A stretch of DNA of 63,200 nucleotides, filler included, from Diploschistes diacapsis (taxonomy: Eukaryota), in assembly GCA_023645945.1 (NCBI GenBank). It is 19 parts of 19 records of this genome, joined end to end, with 100 filler letters (N's around TTAATTAATTAA, not from the genome) between each part and the next. Parts side by side here need not be neighbours in the genome. Positions count along the whole stretch, not along the records: positions 1 to 20,221 come from JALAIB010000351.1; positions 20,322 to 21,557 come from JALAIB010003519.1; positions 21,658 to 41,864 come from JALAIB010000352.1; 16 more parts are not named here. The stretch is one strand, 5' to 3'. The notes under the pieces were generated by a model. It was given only the letters and a program-made list of their open reading frames with translations. It was not told the DNA's origin and made no database searches. The position numbers were made by a program, and so were the translations under genes. This document shows, piece by piece, positions 11,384 through 23,734 of the stretch (positions are counted from its first letter, which is position 1; each line of letters opens with the position of its first letter).

Positions 11384-12965
11384 GTGATCGCGAAAACGTG
11401 CCGGAATTGGCAGGCTCTGGTCTCTGAACCTTACATGATTGTTACGCGTTTCTTGTGTCTTGAATAGCGAGACCTTCATAACGGTTTTGGTTGTGTTGCA
11501 TTGTAAATGTCTCAGGTTACCTTTCCTTTTTGAACAATTTCTTTTTAGTCCTGGTTGTGACCCGATTGCGAGTGATAGGAATTTCCTTCCGTCCATTTTG
11601 CGGTGCGTATATCTTAGGATTATTGTACCACATCGCTGTCCATCTAACCAAACCTCCCCTTCAGTCGCTAGCTTAGTCCTGCTGCAACTCGAAGTGTGGC
11701 GATCTCTCACTTAAGAACTGACGTGCTCAGTACCCCCGACAAGAGAATTTCTATGGTTCATCAAAGCTTTTGTTTCCCAGGCAGTCTACGTAGAGGTCGG
11801 TGTCCTTGTAGTGCTTCCTTGTCTATGAACACTGTGCTAGTAGAATGCGCTTATTTATACGTGCTTATTTCTAATAATGTGATCAATTCGCGACGGCGAG
11901 GGAATCCTTTGGGTACGAGAGATAGTTATGTTGTTGAAGCCTTTTTCGGATATCGAATAAGAGGCAAGAGGATCTGTGAGAAGCAAGGTTCGGCCTCAGT
12001 GTGCTGTTTCTTTGAATGTCTTAATTCCTGCCTATCCTTGTGTCGAGCCGGATACCTTGCGAAGCTCACTGTGAGCAGAGGTGTGCTCTGCCTATGGTCG
12101 CGATCATGGTAATGGGCCTTCAATGCTAGAGGCCAATCCAATTATACGACCTGGTCTTGTTCAAAAGCGCAATCTGTTGATTGCTCAGTTCGATATATTT
12201 CCTTGGCCATTTTAATGTCTTGTTCCCACCTCGGCGCATATGTGCTTGCAATGCCCTTTCATGTTGGTTCTTTCCTTATTATTCCTCAATATCCGTACCA
12301 GCAATAGCTGTTTTAGCCTTGTTCTAGAATAGTACTTACTCTAACCACAGATGCCGCATGGCAAGCAGTCAGTTACAAAAGCCTACCTGCATCTTCTCGT
12401 CTCCCCATTGTGGATAATTCATTCGCAGCTTAGAGTCTTGTCAAGCCAGCATCCCCCCCTGCTTCGCCGGAGCAGCGAACATTGTACCTGTGCGTTGTCT
12501 GATATGCTGGCCCCCTTGGTATCAAGTCGCGTAGTCGCACAGGCAGTCTTTCCAGCAGTACTATACCTGTCTTTGCGGATATAGTAATATATCGGTCACG
12601 CACAGGCTATTCATCCTCCGCCTTGTAGACAGAATTTAGAAATTACCACGAACGCTGTACGTTGACGAGAGCCTTGCTGATACGATTTAATCCACTCTTT
12701 TAATGTTGTCAAACTATTAAACGACAATGACTCGATCCCGCACCATTCAGGTTTGGGTTTTGCTATAGGAAGACCCTACTATGCTAGTAAAGGCCCATGT
12801 CCACTTGCCGCACAGGGTTTGCATCGGAACAAGCTAACAAAGATATAATCATATTCCTCTTGTCAACAAGGTATCTTTAAAGGTATAAGCTACAATGTCG
12901 AGATCATTCTACGAGCCAGAAAAATCACTGACTAAGAATCTTGGGCCAAAAAAATTCAAAAAAGA

Positions 12966-13084
12966 ACATACAGCAGCGAGAATTCCCAGATGGTCACCCA
13001 CTCCAGTACTACTTCGCCGGTCTACAGCTTAGATATGGCAGAGCGGACGGGATACCTCGTTCTCTGTAGCCTGTGGCCGTATGT
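12966..13084 (-). rRNA. 5S rRNA (dispersed copy 1)
   Basis: 119 nt ACATACGGCC...GATCCCGTCCGCTCT-like core...TAGTACT...GGGTGACC...GCTGTATGT with paired termini, followed by an oligo-T Pol III terminator. Confidence 0.95.
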
Positions 13085-16000
13085 GACAGAAGAATTAGGT
13101 AATTTGTAATATATTTGGTCCAATATATTTCACATGGAAAAGGTTTGCAGTCAAAATGTGGACCGCGGCCCAAAAATGCACGCTTACCGACTTCAATTAT
13201 TGTGCCGACGATGACGGACATGGGCTTGAGACACGAAGCAATCCTTGACTAAATCTATGTTGCGTACAACAACGTCTTGTTGTGCAATACTATGTGGGAA
13301 GCGGCGCAAGCCTACCACCCAATGTGATCAGGATGTCTGTCTTGGCGACGATGGCGAGTTGAAGATATCAACATCTTGGAACTCCCTTCGCAGATTGTAA
13401 TCATGGTAGTAAGGCACAATGAGGGCGTGAACGGTATGACGTAGCGAAGAGACGCAAAGCTGTAGTATGGGTTCTTGGGACTACTTGCTTCATGTCGTCT
13501 ATTACCCTTGCTTAAGGGGACAAAGTTACTTCTTCTGCTCAATCCTGGGGACGCTTATTCGTGCGATCTGGCGCTTGAAGCCAGTGTAGTTGGGGTTGGG
13601 CTTATATAGGCATACGTAGAAAGCCATTTCCTAAAGAACGTTCAAGGGACTCTTACTCAGACGTCTGGTACAATAGGACGTCGGTAAATAGTCTTCTTTA
13701 AGGCTAGGCTTTTTATATATGACAAAACGACTATCGTGAAATGGAGTTCGGTAGACCACAGCCATAACCATCATCAGAGTTAGGCTATTGCTTGTGTTAC
13801 AGCCCCTTGTGTGGCATTCTGGGTAGTAACTTAGCGAAGTATCTCCCATACAATAGGGCTCGTTAAACCACTTTCGGTTTCGGATGCTGCATACGAACAC
13901 CGGACGTATATTCCTAAGCCTGGGAAGATCTTGCAGCTCCTCACAACATTTCACACGACTTTGGCATTCGGTGTAGCTTAATCTAGCTCTTCTTGGGATT
14001 TTGTTAATAGCTGGCTATTTGATCAAAAGGCGAAGATAGTCTACATCGATGTTTGTAACACCGACTCCGACACTACAAGCAACAGCCCAGTTCTCTTCCG
14101 CAGCGTGAGCTCCAACTATCTATCTTTCTAGAAAATCCTGCTGCTCTTAATGTAGTCGTACATCACGGAAGGGCAATTACAGTTACGACCGTCCAGCGTC
14201 AGTGCCAAGATAGAACTGACGGGGCTTCGCAGTCCTTTGTGCATAGCCGTTGACAGACCGGTATATGTTTTACCGGATACCAGATGCATGAAAGTCTGAG
14301 GTACTGCATCATCCACCTTGACAGCTCGAGCATGTGAGTAGTTTCTCGTATTGTCTTATTTTCATCCCGGGCAGGCTTTTGAGGCCGAAAGCGACAGTGG
14401 TCACATTCCATTCGTTCAAAGCACGTGTAAATGCTGTGCCTTTGCTCTATCCCTCTGCAGAAGTGAACTCTGGAGCCATAGTAGAGTCCGTAATGTATTT
14501 CATGGAAAAAGACACAGCCGCAGCGAGGATAGCCCATAGAAAGCCTACCAAGGGATAAGAGAGAAGATCATGTGCAATCACTGGCTACAATATAGAGTAT
14601 AGTAAACGCGTGGTATATCCAGACTGTAGGTCATTATACAAACAGTGCAGAGAGTAAAGATATCTTGTTCATCGGTGGGAAACGAGTGCAGGAGTTGTCC
14701 AAGTAACGGTGAGATGGGTGCGAGTGCTGAAACGAAAAAATAGGTATAATCACTTCACCCACGAATTAGAGTGTATGTAGCACATACTTTTTGCTCTGTA
14801 GAACTAAAACCAAATAGGTGTGAGTGCTCAAAGGAAACTAGGAATGAATCCTGGAGTTTAAGGATTGCTAAGCACATAATCGACCAGCTGTTCAATACCC
14901 TTTCTTTTCCTTTGCTGTCAGTCTTGCCTACTCTTTATGCGGCCTCTGCCTTGGTGCAGCATGCAAGCCCGCTTGAAATCAAAAAGGCCACATTATGGAC
15001 TGCTTTTGGACTCAGTTCGCATTGACCTCATGAGGTTGGTTTTCCTTTGATGGTTTAGCACACATCTCCCTATCTCGCAAAACCGATGGCGGCTTCACTA
15101 TCTTGGTAGACAGCATTGATCCTGCTTCAGCATGTCCGTATACACTATTCAAGATCCGTATTTGAAGCCCATAGAACTCAAGTTTGTACACCATGCTGGG
15201 CTTGATCTGGCCTCCGAATCTTTCCAATAAACTGGCTGGGAAGCTCGTAGAAGAACACAAGAACAGGTTCGCACCCACAGAGGACAAAGAAAGCATCTCT
15301 CAAGAGGCGTAGCGTCATAACAATATGTCACCTTGCATATACGTAGCCTTACGACAAGAGAAATTTGGCCCGTTCTCAGATACCCTACAAACATCCTTGC
15401 CTTATACTAACAAGAGACCGAAAAATTGCTCTGTTTTCTTACCACTCTAAATGGTTCCGTTAGATAATATACTCCATAATAACGATACAACAGAGAACGG
15501 TCGCCTGCGGCCCTTGCAAACGGAGTTCGCTGTGGCCATTTCCGCCATGGACGAGCCGGAGCGGAAAATAATAGCCGGCAATCGTCAAATCCTGTGGCCT
15601 TTGGTCAGATAAACTCTACGGTTTCAGTAAGAAGACTGACATTAACTGTACCAGGGTCCTTGCGGCTGGTCTTCCATTTCAAGCCCTGGGCGCTTGCCGG
15701 AAGGCCCTGTGAGAATGCAGTTTAGAGGTCTTCCTAGAGCCTGTGGACGATAACCAATCATCTATTCTTAGTGTAGAACTAAGGTATCTTTCTCCAAACG
15801 TCTAGGGGCCTGGCTTTGGTACTCTCGTTCGATCCTTTTTTTAATTTGAAAATTCAATCTTTCCTTCAGTTATTAGCCTGAGAGCCATCGGCATGAGTCT
15901 TTAGTTAGGTACCAGTTGTACGATATAATCCGAGTCTTCGTTCAATGCTTATTCTGATACGCAACTTAAGTCCTGTTTCAGAAGTCAAATGCAGATTTAA

Positions 16001-17638
16001 TGTTGGTTATGATACTAGTTTGAGAGTGGATTCTCATTTTGGTTGTGGCAACTTAGATTCTGCTTTAGAAGTCCGCTGGAGAGTTGTTTCGAATACCGGT
16101 CTAGGACGCAATCTGAGTAAGTGTTTGGTATTTGTTCTGCATCGATGTTTTTCCAAGGGGTCAGAACTATCGATGTTACGATCTGTTTTATGTTGCTCTA
16201 AGTATAAAGACATTGCATCTGTTGAAATACCAACCCTTCACTGCATCTATATGTATGAAGGATTTTGCGGTATTGAGCTTAATCCATGAAATTTATTGCC
16301 GTTCGATCAGAGATCTTGAAAGTTTGCGATTCAAGGAGATATGTAATATGTCGTCAATGCTTCCGGATGCATTGCTGGAATTACGATACATCTTAAGGAA
16401 GATCCTCCAGAAGTAGAAGTAGCCATTGCAAAGGGTTGTCTGGATTGCACTGGGAAAGAGATTTTCAAAACGTTCATCATTACGCTTACTGAGCAGAAAT
16501 ATAACTTTTGCAGTGCATTTGTGTTAGGTCTAGTCAGCGAAGGCATAATGAATTGATAAAAGATTGAAGGGCGAGATTCCGGAAAGGCAGTCCCCTTCAC
16601 TCATGGGGATATGTGATTGCTCGTCTGTATGATGCTTCGCTTAGGAAAACTTCATTATTACTTGAGAGTCCTCTGGTATGGAGTATAGCGGGAAAGGGGT
16701 TGCAGGATCGTTAACTTCGCCGTATCGGTCGGTCTTAGTCGCATCGGTTGGGCCTTCAAGTTGTAAATGGGGTTAAAAATTGAGGTTTCATGATATAGTT
16801 AGCAACTATTCTAGCTTTCCCAATATTTGAGTTTCAGATTGAATGAATTGATGAAAACAATCCTTGACCTTTTTGTCGTCAGAATGCTTGACCTGCTCAC
16901 GATAAGTAGAGTAACATCTGGCTATCGGGCAATCTTTTAGAAGTAGTTCTTGGATCTGATGTTTACAGGGCATGACTTTAGGTAGGCTAAGAAAGGGGGT
17001 TAGAGAAGGATAGTTCCGATCTTTCATTGAACCGACTTTTGGAGGAGACAAAGCCACGGAGACAGCCTATTGTAGAAAAACTGAATATCTTCAAAGTCGC
17101 GTCCATTACTTGGGCCAATCTCTTCTGAAAGTTAATAGTCTTGGAGGGTGCTGGCTTCCTATCCGGTTTCAAGCGTTGGCTCATTAACTTTGGTAGTTCT
17201 TGACCTGTAACTTTAATGTCCGCCCATGCCAAAAGACGGTTCAGAAGTTGGTGATGCGTTTGTTACCTTCGAAGGTGCGCGCTTCATCATGGTGTACCAT
17301 TTCCTCCCCTAGTTCTTAGATCTCGTTTTCCTTCCTCAGTCTAGGAGCAACATGGAGGTCAGAAATCGCCGCTCCCATCCTTCCTTCCATAGATGAAGAT
17401 AATTGGGAATCACAACATTGGATAACGTTCATGGGGCAGCTTTTTCCCATCTTAGTTCACATAAGCGCCCAAAGGTCGGAAGGAACTGAATGCCAAGAGC
17501 GCCAAGCCTGATTGACACTAATTCTCGGCACACGCCACTTCTCCATATTCCCTTCAATCATGTCCACCAAGTCAATATTTGCCTTCCTCAACATCTGCCG
17601 ATTAGCCATCTAAGTGGAATCCCATATCCTTCAGCACA

Positions 17639-18194
17639 ATGGTCAACATTCCAAAGAGCCGGAAGACATATTGCGCCGGCCGAGGTTGCCGCAAACACAC
17701 TCTGCACAAAGTAACCCAATACAAGGCAGGCAAGGCCTCACCCTTCGCGCAAGGAAAGCGTCGATATGTGCGTGCAGGCAGCTTCCTCTGCTGTGACTTC
17801 ACTACGGTGTTATATCGGACAGAACTAATGGAAGGCAGGATCGCAAGCAAAGTGGCTATGGTGGACAGACCAAGCCAGTGTTTCACAAGAAGGTGTGTCA
17901 GGAGAAGCGATCGCGGGAACAATATCGAGCACTTTCAGGCTTACACGTTCAGGCCAAAACAACCAAGAAGATTGTCCTTCGGCTTGAATGCTCAGTATGC
18001 AAAACAAAAGCGCAAATGCCTCTGAAAAGGTGCAAGCATTTTGAACTGGGGTTAGTTATCTTTTCACCGATTCCATTACACATTCCTCTCCCTACTAAAC
18101 TATCGTTTATTTACTCTATGGGAACAATGCTGATTCCAGTTCGTTTGATAACAGTGGAGAGAAGAAAACAAAAGGCGCTGCTCTCGTTTTTTGA
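17639..18194 (+). CDS. RPL42: 60S ribosomal protein eL42 (L42/L44); exons 17639-17767, 17839-17892, 17953-18050, 18155-18194
   Basis: Splices to [12 protein letters not shown]...[37 protein letters not shown]...[21 protein letters not shown]. Confidence 0.95.
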
Positions 18195-19590
18195 ATTCCA
18201 ACTTCGTCGCCATACCCATGTCTCTCTCTTCTTTTATTAAGAGGAGGGATACAGACATTAAGTGTTATCGAGAACACTGTTAGCTTAATGAAAGAGCATT
18301 TGCATCACAACCTGTCCTATCAAGGCAGGTGATTTCAATCTCGCAACTAAGGGATTAAGTCACTGGGCAACCAATTTCACGTCGAGTCTCAATACCCAAC
18401 TACTTTCGCTCCTATTTCGTGATGCTACTCATGAACCACGTTACTTGGATCTATGCGCCCTTTCTCTTTCTCAAGTCTTGCACTTTCCGTTTCCGTTCTT
18501 TTTCTTACACACATCTATTCCATCTGTCAGCGCGCCCTATTCGCTTCATCATTGATGCTTTCCAATGCCCGCAAAGACTAAGTGGGAAGTATGAATAGTA
18601 AGACGAGCATACATGTTGTAAGGAACTCAAGAAGCCTCATCGCCTATAACCTGGGAATGATGTTGATTTCAGCGTTCCCATCATCCCCCTGGCCCCTCAC
18701 ATCAAAAACACAAAGCAACAATTCGGAAACATAGCCCTCCAAGCCTAAACATATCTAGCCTTTATTGGGATTTTATCCAACCACCGAAATCCCCATAACC
18801 AGCAAACCACGCACCAAGTATGAGGTGCTTTTTACCCACCTATCCGTCCTCTCCCCTACGACTCCTAGCGCCCGCCCTTTCTCAGCCTAATGCGTGTCAC
18901 GACAAGACAATCAAAGCCGGTCTCGAGATCGTCCCGCAGGAGCAAGTTCACGCTTTTCACACAACCCAGTCGCCGTGCATAGAGCATTTAACAATAACAA
19001 CAACGAAGCTTGGCTCGACCACCTAAACAAAGCACAAAGCACGATCACGACTTGTCCTCGAATTTCCGAAACCGCCAAGGGTATATTTCGCCGTCTAAAT
19101 TAACACGTAGCGCACAGAGCGGGATCTTGGCTCTTAGGGCCGGTTGGTTTAAGCCTTATGGCGAGGGACGACAGGTATGTTGTACTTTGTGGGGGAAATT
19201 GTGGCACCAGCGGTTTGTGCTAGGGGGTACGAGGTGGATAGGCAGGACTCTCTGTATTACTAGGTCTTACGCTCGGACTTTGGATAGAAGGATGATATGT
19301 ATCGAGCCAGTACTTGGGTGAAGAGATTCATAGGCGTTTTGGGCTGCGTATCAAAGTGCGCATACCAAGCACGGTGATAGTTGTGCACTATTAAACCCTA
19401 GCAAGCAGGTGAAGAAGATGGTCAATGGACAATCATCTTCATTTCTGTGAGTCTGTGGAGTATATCCGCTACACCTTCATCATTAAAAAGGGTAGTCTGC
19501 GGAGACGATGTCTTCTAATCAACTCAAAAGCAAAAGAGATTGCAATGCTATATCTAAATTTTATCCCCTGCTCACCAAAAGATGAAAAAA

Positions 19591-19709
19591 ACATACAGCA
19601 GCGAGAATTCCCAGATGGTCACCCACTCCAGTACTACTTCGCCGGTCTACAGCTTAGATATGGCAGAGCGGACGGGATACCTCGTTCTCTGTAGCCTATG
19701 GCCGTATGT
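19591..19709 (-). rRNA. 5S rRNA (dispersed copy 2)
   Basis: Identical to copy 1 except one visible substitution; followed by an oligo-T terminator on the minus strand. Confidence 0.95.
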
Positions 19710-19748
19710 GAAAGGATATTCAAAAAACAAACAGTATAATCTTCAAAC

Positions 19749-19828
19749 GGCGGCATAGTTGAATGATGAAGATAACTGCTGGCAGACCTTTTCGAAGGTC
19801 GTGGGTTCAACTCCCACTGCTGCCACCA
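19749..19828 (+). other. tRNA-like element (tRNA-Leu-like termini, no canonical anticodon arm, encoded CCA)
   Basis: Acceptor stem GGCGGCA/TGCTGCC followed by A-CCA; T arm GTGGG-TTCAACT-CCCAC; D-like arm AGTT..AACT; hairpin GACCTT-TTCG-AAGGTC. A second copy lies at 54416-54475. Confidence 0.7.
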
Positions 19829-20083
19829 TGTCAAAAATCGGTCGTAAAGGGCAGAAATAATGCTTATATAAGAAAATTATAGTAACTATGGCTTGGCCGT
19901 TGAATTATATTTGAAATATCATTTGGGATTCATGCTTGAATGTAACTGATTTTTTTTCTGAAGCCCAGGGGAGTAAATATTTATAAGAATTAGGGTAGCT
20001 CGGCCCTTCAGCTGACAAATGCAATCATTTATTTTCTGCAGAAAGACTACTAACAGATTTTAAAGAAACGAAAGATGAATATA

Positions 20084-20221
20084 CAGTCACGTCCCAAAAG
20101 TAATGGTCCCTCCACCAAAACACACCAAAATTTTCGCATTTCAGGAAGCTCCCAACTCATCAATTAAAGGTTTTAGGAATTGAAAAGATTATAAAAGACA
20201 TTTAAAACTACGCTCAATATA
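20084..20221 (+). mobile_element. Tc1/mariner-like terminal inverted repeat, truncated by contig end
   Basis: TA followed by CAGTCACGTCCCAAAAGTAAT, resembling CAGT-starting Tc1/impala TIRs. A similar end occurs at 54704. Confidence 0.5.
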
Positions 20222-20321
20222 NNNNNNNNNNNNNNNNNNNNNNNNNNNNNNNNNNNNNNNNNNNNTTAATTAATTAANNNNNNNNNNNNNNNNNNNNNNN
20301 NNNNNNNNNNNNNNNNNNNNN
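20222..20321. other. Artificial contig linker N44-TTAATTAATTAA-N44 (first of 18)
   Basis: The same 100-nt spacer, with stops in all six frames, also starts at about 21558, 41865, 43201, 44537, 45872, 47207, 48542, 49876, 51210, 52544, 53877, 55210, 56543, 57876, 59208, 60539 and 61870. Confidence 0.98.
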
Positions 20322-21557
20322 TATTAATCTATCCTCGTAGGTTTTTTCAATAAAAATTTCGGGTTATAAATTCGTAAACGCGTTTCCCGTTATAATAATC
20401 CGATAATTTATAATCGTGAATTAATCGTAAAAGTTCCGATTTAATACCGTCGTTTTTTGGAATATATATGCGGTTTTTATAATATAATAACCTTATATTA
20501 TTGTCACGGGACCGGCATGTGGTCCTGATAGGATTAGATAGGCTTGGCGTTGCTTGGGCTAAGAGGCCATAGTCTTTTGGAGGGGCCCATCCTCCTCTAT
20601 CAATAATTCATCCACCAAGCCTTGTCCTTGTTATATTGGTAACAACTTTTAGTTGTCGATCCATTTGTCCCGGATCGAGCATTAGATTGCTTGTAGTTAT
20701 CTCGTTGAGTAAAAGCTTTTAATGCTTTTATAATGAGATTTAATTTACTAGCACTCACCAGCCTACCACCAAGCTTTTTTTCGTGGTTTTTTATTATAAG
20801 CAGAGCTTTCGGCCATTATTGAAACATTCTTTTACTTTACTTTTAAGATCGTAAATTGGTTACTATTTGAGTATCTATTTGTTTCGTTTTGAGCTATACT
20901 TTTTATATAGCAGATTTTGTTTTTCTATATCGCTTTTAAAGTTAGATTTAAGTTTGGATATATGAAAGTTCCGATAATCAATTAATACGATATCTTTGAA
21001 GCTTATTAGCTCGACTATTTCGATAAAGCTGGCTATTATTAAAAAAATAGAACTCGGACCGGTTAGATATCTGATAGATTAAATGAAAAATACATAAAAG
21101 AAATTAGCGGTGATTTCTTACCTTGATAAGATTTAACACCAGCATATAATATAAACACAAGGCGCGCTGTCTAGGGAGACTTCCCTTGCTGTAGTAGGCA
21201 GATAGTCGTAGGTGATGTAGTAGGAGAATGTAGTGTGATCTCGTAGTCAACAGCATACCTAGATAGGACATTTGTGAGGTGTAGGATACATGAATTGTCC
21301 AGAATTACCTAACAGGCTTCCTTAAATAGAACTATCCTAAAAAAACTACCCCTATCAAGTCTACCGCCCACTTTTATATTTATATACGACCTTCTTTCTC
21401 GATAATTCGTGATTTTATAACGAATTCTATATAAATCTTATTAATAAAAAATCTCCATCCCGCTATCTTTATATCCTAATATAGTTCTATACTTCTCCGG
21501 TAATTAAAATATTTAAAAACTTATTATTCTTAATATTCCTTTCTCGACGTAATCGTG
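20322..21557. mobile_element. Nested LTR retrotransposon remnants (Gypsy integrase fragment interrupted by a short LTR at 20502-20644)
   Basis: 20322-20501 is homologous to the integrase remnant at 60740-60885. LTR-like segment TGTCAC...GTAACA, and a second TG...CA segment at about 21124-21314. Confidence 0.55.
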
Positions 21558-21935
21558 NNNNNNNNNNNNNNNNNNNNNNNNNNNNNNNNNNNNNNNNNNN
21601 NTTAATTAATTAANNNNNNNNNNNNNNNNNNNNNNNNNNNNNNNNNNNNNNNNNNNNGGATAGGGGCTGTTTGTGGGAGGGGTTTGAGGTTGGTGGGTGA
21701 CGATGGGTGGGGGGTTGGATGATCGAGCGTTCCTTGTAAACGCTGAGCAACCGCTTGATGCAGGGTATTTATCTAGTGATATATGTACATTTCGATGCTG
21801 TTCATAAGGCCCAAGCACTCCAGGTATTTACACGGTCCCTCTTGAAAGGGGGCGTGAAGATCTCTCCGAGTTCCTGTAGAAACGACGGCAAAGGTTATCT
21901 GAATGAGCGCTCGAACGAGCGAGCCAACACTTCTA

Positions 21936-23252
21936 TCAAGCAACATCCTCAACCAGAACCTCCTTTTCCTCAACCACCTCCTCCTCCACCTCCTTCTTCA
22001 CCAGCTCTTCGCCCTTGTCAACCACCTCCTCCTTCTTAACCCTCTTAACCTTCTTCCCTCTAACGACCACCGCGCTCGGACACAGCCCCTTCCTGCTCAG
22101 CGTACACGCCCCGCAATCCCTCCCAACAGGCAAGCAGATCGTCTGCCCGAACCCGACCAAGAGATGATTAATCTCGTGCCACTTCTCCCTCGGCAGCCAC
22201 GCCTCGAGCGCCGCCCGCGTCTCCTCCGGCGTCTTCGTCTTGTGCCACCCCCACAGATTGGTAATGCGGTGTACGTGCACATCGACGCCTATCCCCTCCG
22301 TCTTGCCCCACGCCGAGCTCATGCACAGGTACGCCATCTTCGGGCCCACGCCCGGCAGGCTGGTCAGGCCTTCGACTGTGTCGGGGATGTCGCCGTCGTA
22401 CTTGTCGCGGAGGATTTCGGCCGTGTCTTTGATGTAGCGGGTTTTGTTGTTGTGGAAGCCGCAGGCGTAGATGAGCTCGTTGAGGCGGGCGGGCTCGACG
22501 GCGAGGATGTTGGAGAGCGTTAGGCCGGGTGAAGGGAGTTCGGTGCGGAGGCGCTGCATGGTTTGCGCGTTGGTGGTGTCTTTGGTTTGGGAGGAGAGCA
22601 TTAGGGCTATGAGGGTTTGGAAGCGGCGGTCCTGTTAGAGAGCGGATGTTAGTAGGACGCTTGCAAGAAGTTGAGGTGGGTTGTTTTTGCTGATGCTGCA
22701 TACCCTTGGCGTAGCCGCATCTTCTCCCGCCCGTTCGCAGCCCATTGTGTCGACAGGCGCAAGGACCAGTTTGCGCATCTCTTGTGTCGCCGCGTAGACG
22801 TCTTCCCAATTTGGTGGCGGATGAATAGCAACTTCACCCGTTGTCGGGTCAACAGTCTGCTTCGCGGGTTGCCGTCGAGCTTTCTTCGGTGCAGATACTC
22901 CCACCTCCTCAATGTCGACACCTTCTTCCACCTTGATGATCCTTCTACGTGGTGACTTGCGTGTTGTGGTCGTGGTACCGCTCGGGGTCGTTACCGGCGT
23001 CTCCGCATCGCGCTTGCGTTTGCCGGAGCGGAGCGCAGCTGCTTCTGCCTCGGAAAACGAGACATCTGAACCTATTGACGAGAGCGAAGAGGTATCGTCA
23101 GCGTCTTTTGTGGTAGCTTTGCTCTTAGAAGCCGCGTGCTGGTCTGCAGAGGCTGCATAAGAAGCGAGCGAAGACCTCGTCTGGTGTCTGCGGGCGGGCG
23201 ACAGGGCTTTCGTGACTTTGGCGGTCTCACGGGCGATGCGTGAAGTTCTCAT
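21936..23252 (-). CDS. NTH1: Endonuclease III-like DNA glycosylase/AP lyase; exons 23252-22704, 22631-21936
   Basis: [24 protein letters not shown], HhH motif [20 protein letters not shown], and a 4Fe-4S motif C-X6-C-X2-C-X6-C. Confidence 0.95.
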
Positions 23253-23734
23253 TACGTGATCAATGCATCGTCGTTATAGACTGTAGGCTCGTAATTGCTA
23301 TGCAAAGTATGCATATTGCTACCCCTTAGATTCGGTTTTTGATGCTAGTTCCTTGATGGCTCGTACCTATAGTAGCCTCCAATTACTAGCGCAGATTTAT
23401 TGGGCGACCCTGTCTGCCGAGGAATTGAAGTGCGACGGGAAGGGTGCCCTTTGACTTCTCAGGTTCTCGATAGCTCGGCAAAAGTTGGTTTCCGACCGCG
23501 AGCTTTACCATTTCTGCGACATTCACGTCCATACATACCACAGTAGTACGGTGTACTATTGTTGTGCCACGGCCATGGCAGCTATAATCGCCCGAGCGAA
23601 AGTGCTACAATTCAGCTCGACGAGTTCATAAATACTTCGCACAGATTTCGGTCCCGCACTGCGAGAAGAAAGGTACCTTTGGAGCTCTCCTGAAACCTAT
23701 ATAAAGGGCGCCACGTCTGCGCTGAGGAAAGTCA

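Noticed and set aside
12966..19709. Starship element inserted at a 5S gene
   Set aside because: Both 5S genes are full length, no captain recombinase is visible, and a core gene (RPL42) lies between them.
19749..19828. Bacterial tmRNA or contaminant, from the GGGTTCAACTCCC...CCACCA ending
   Set aside because: No G3:U70 pair, no tag reading frame, only 80 nt, and embedded in fungal DNA with a second diverged copy.
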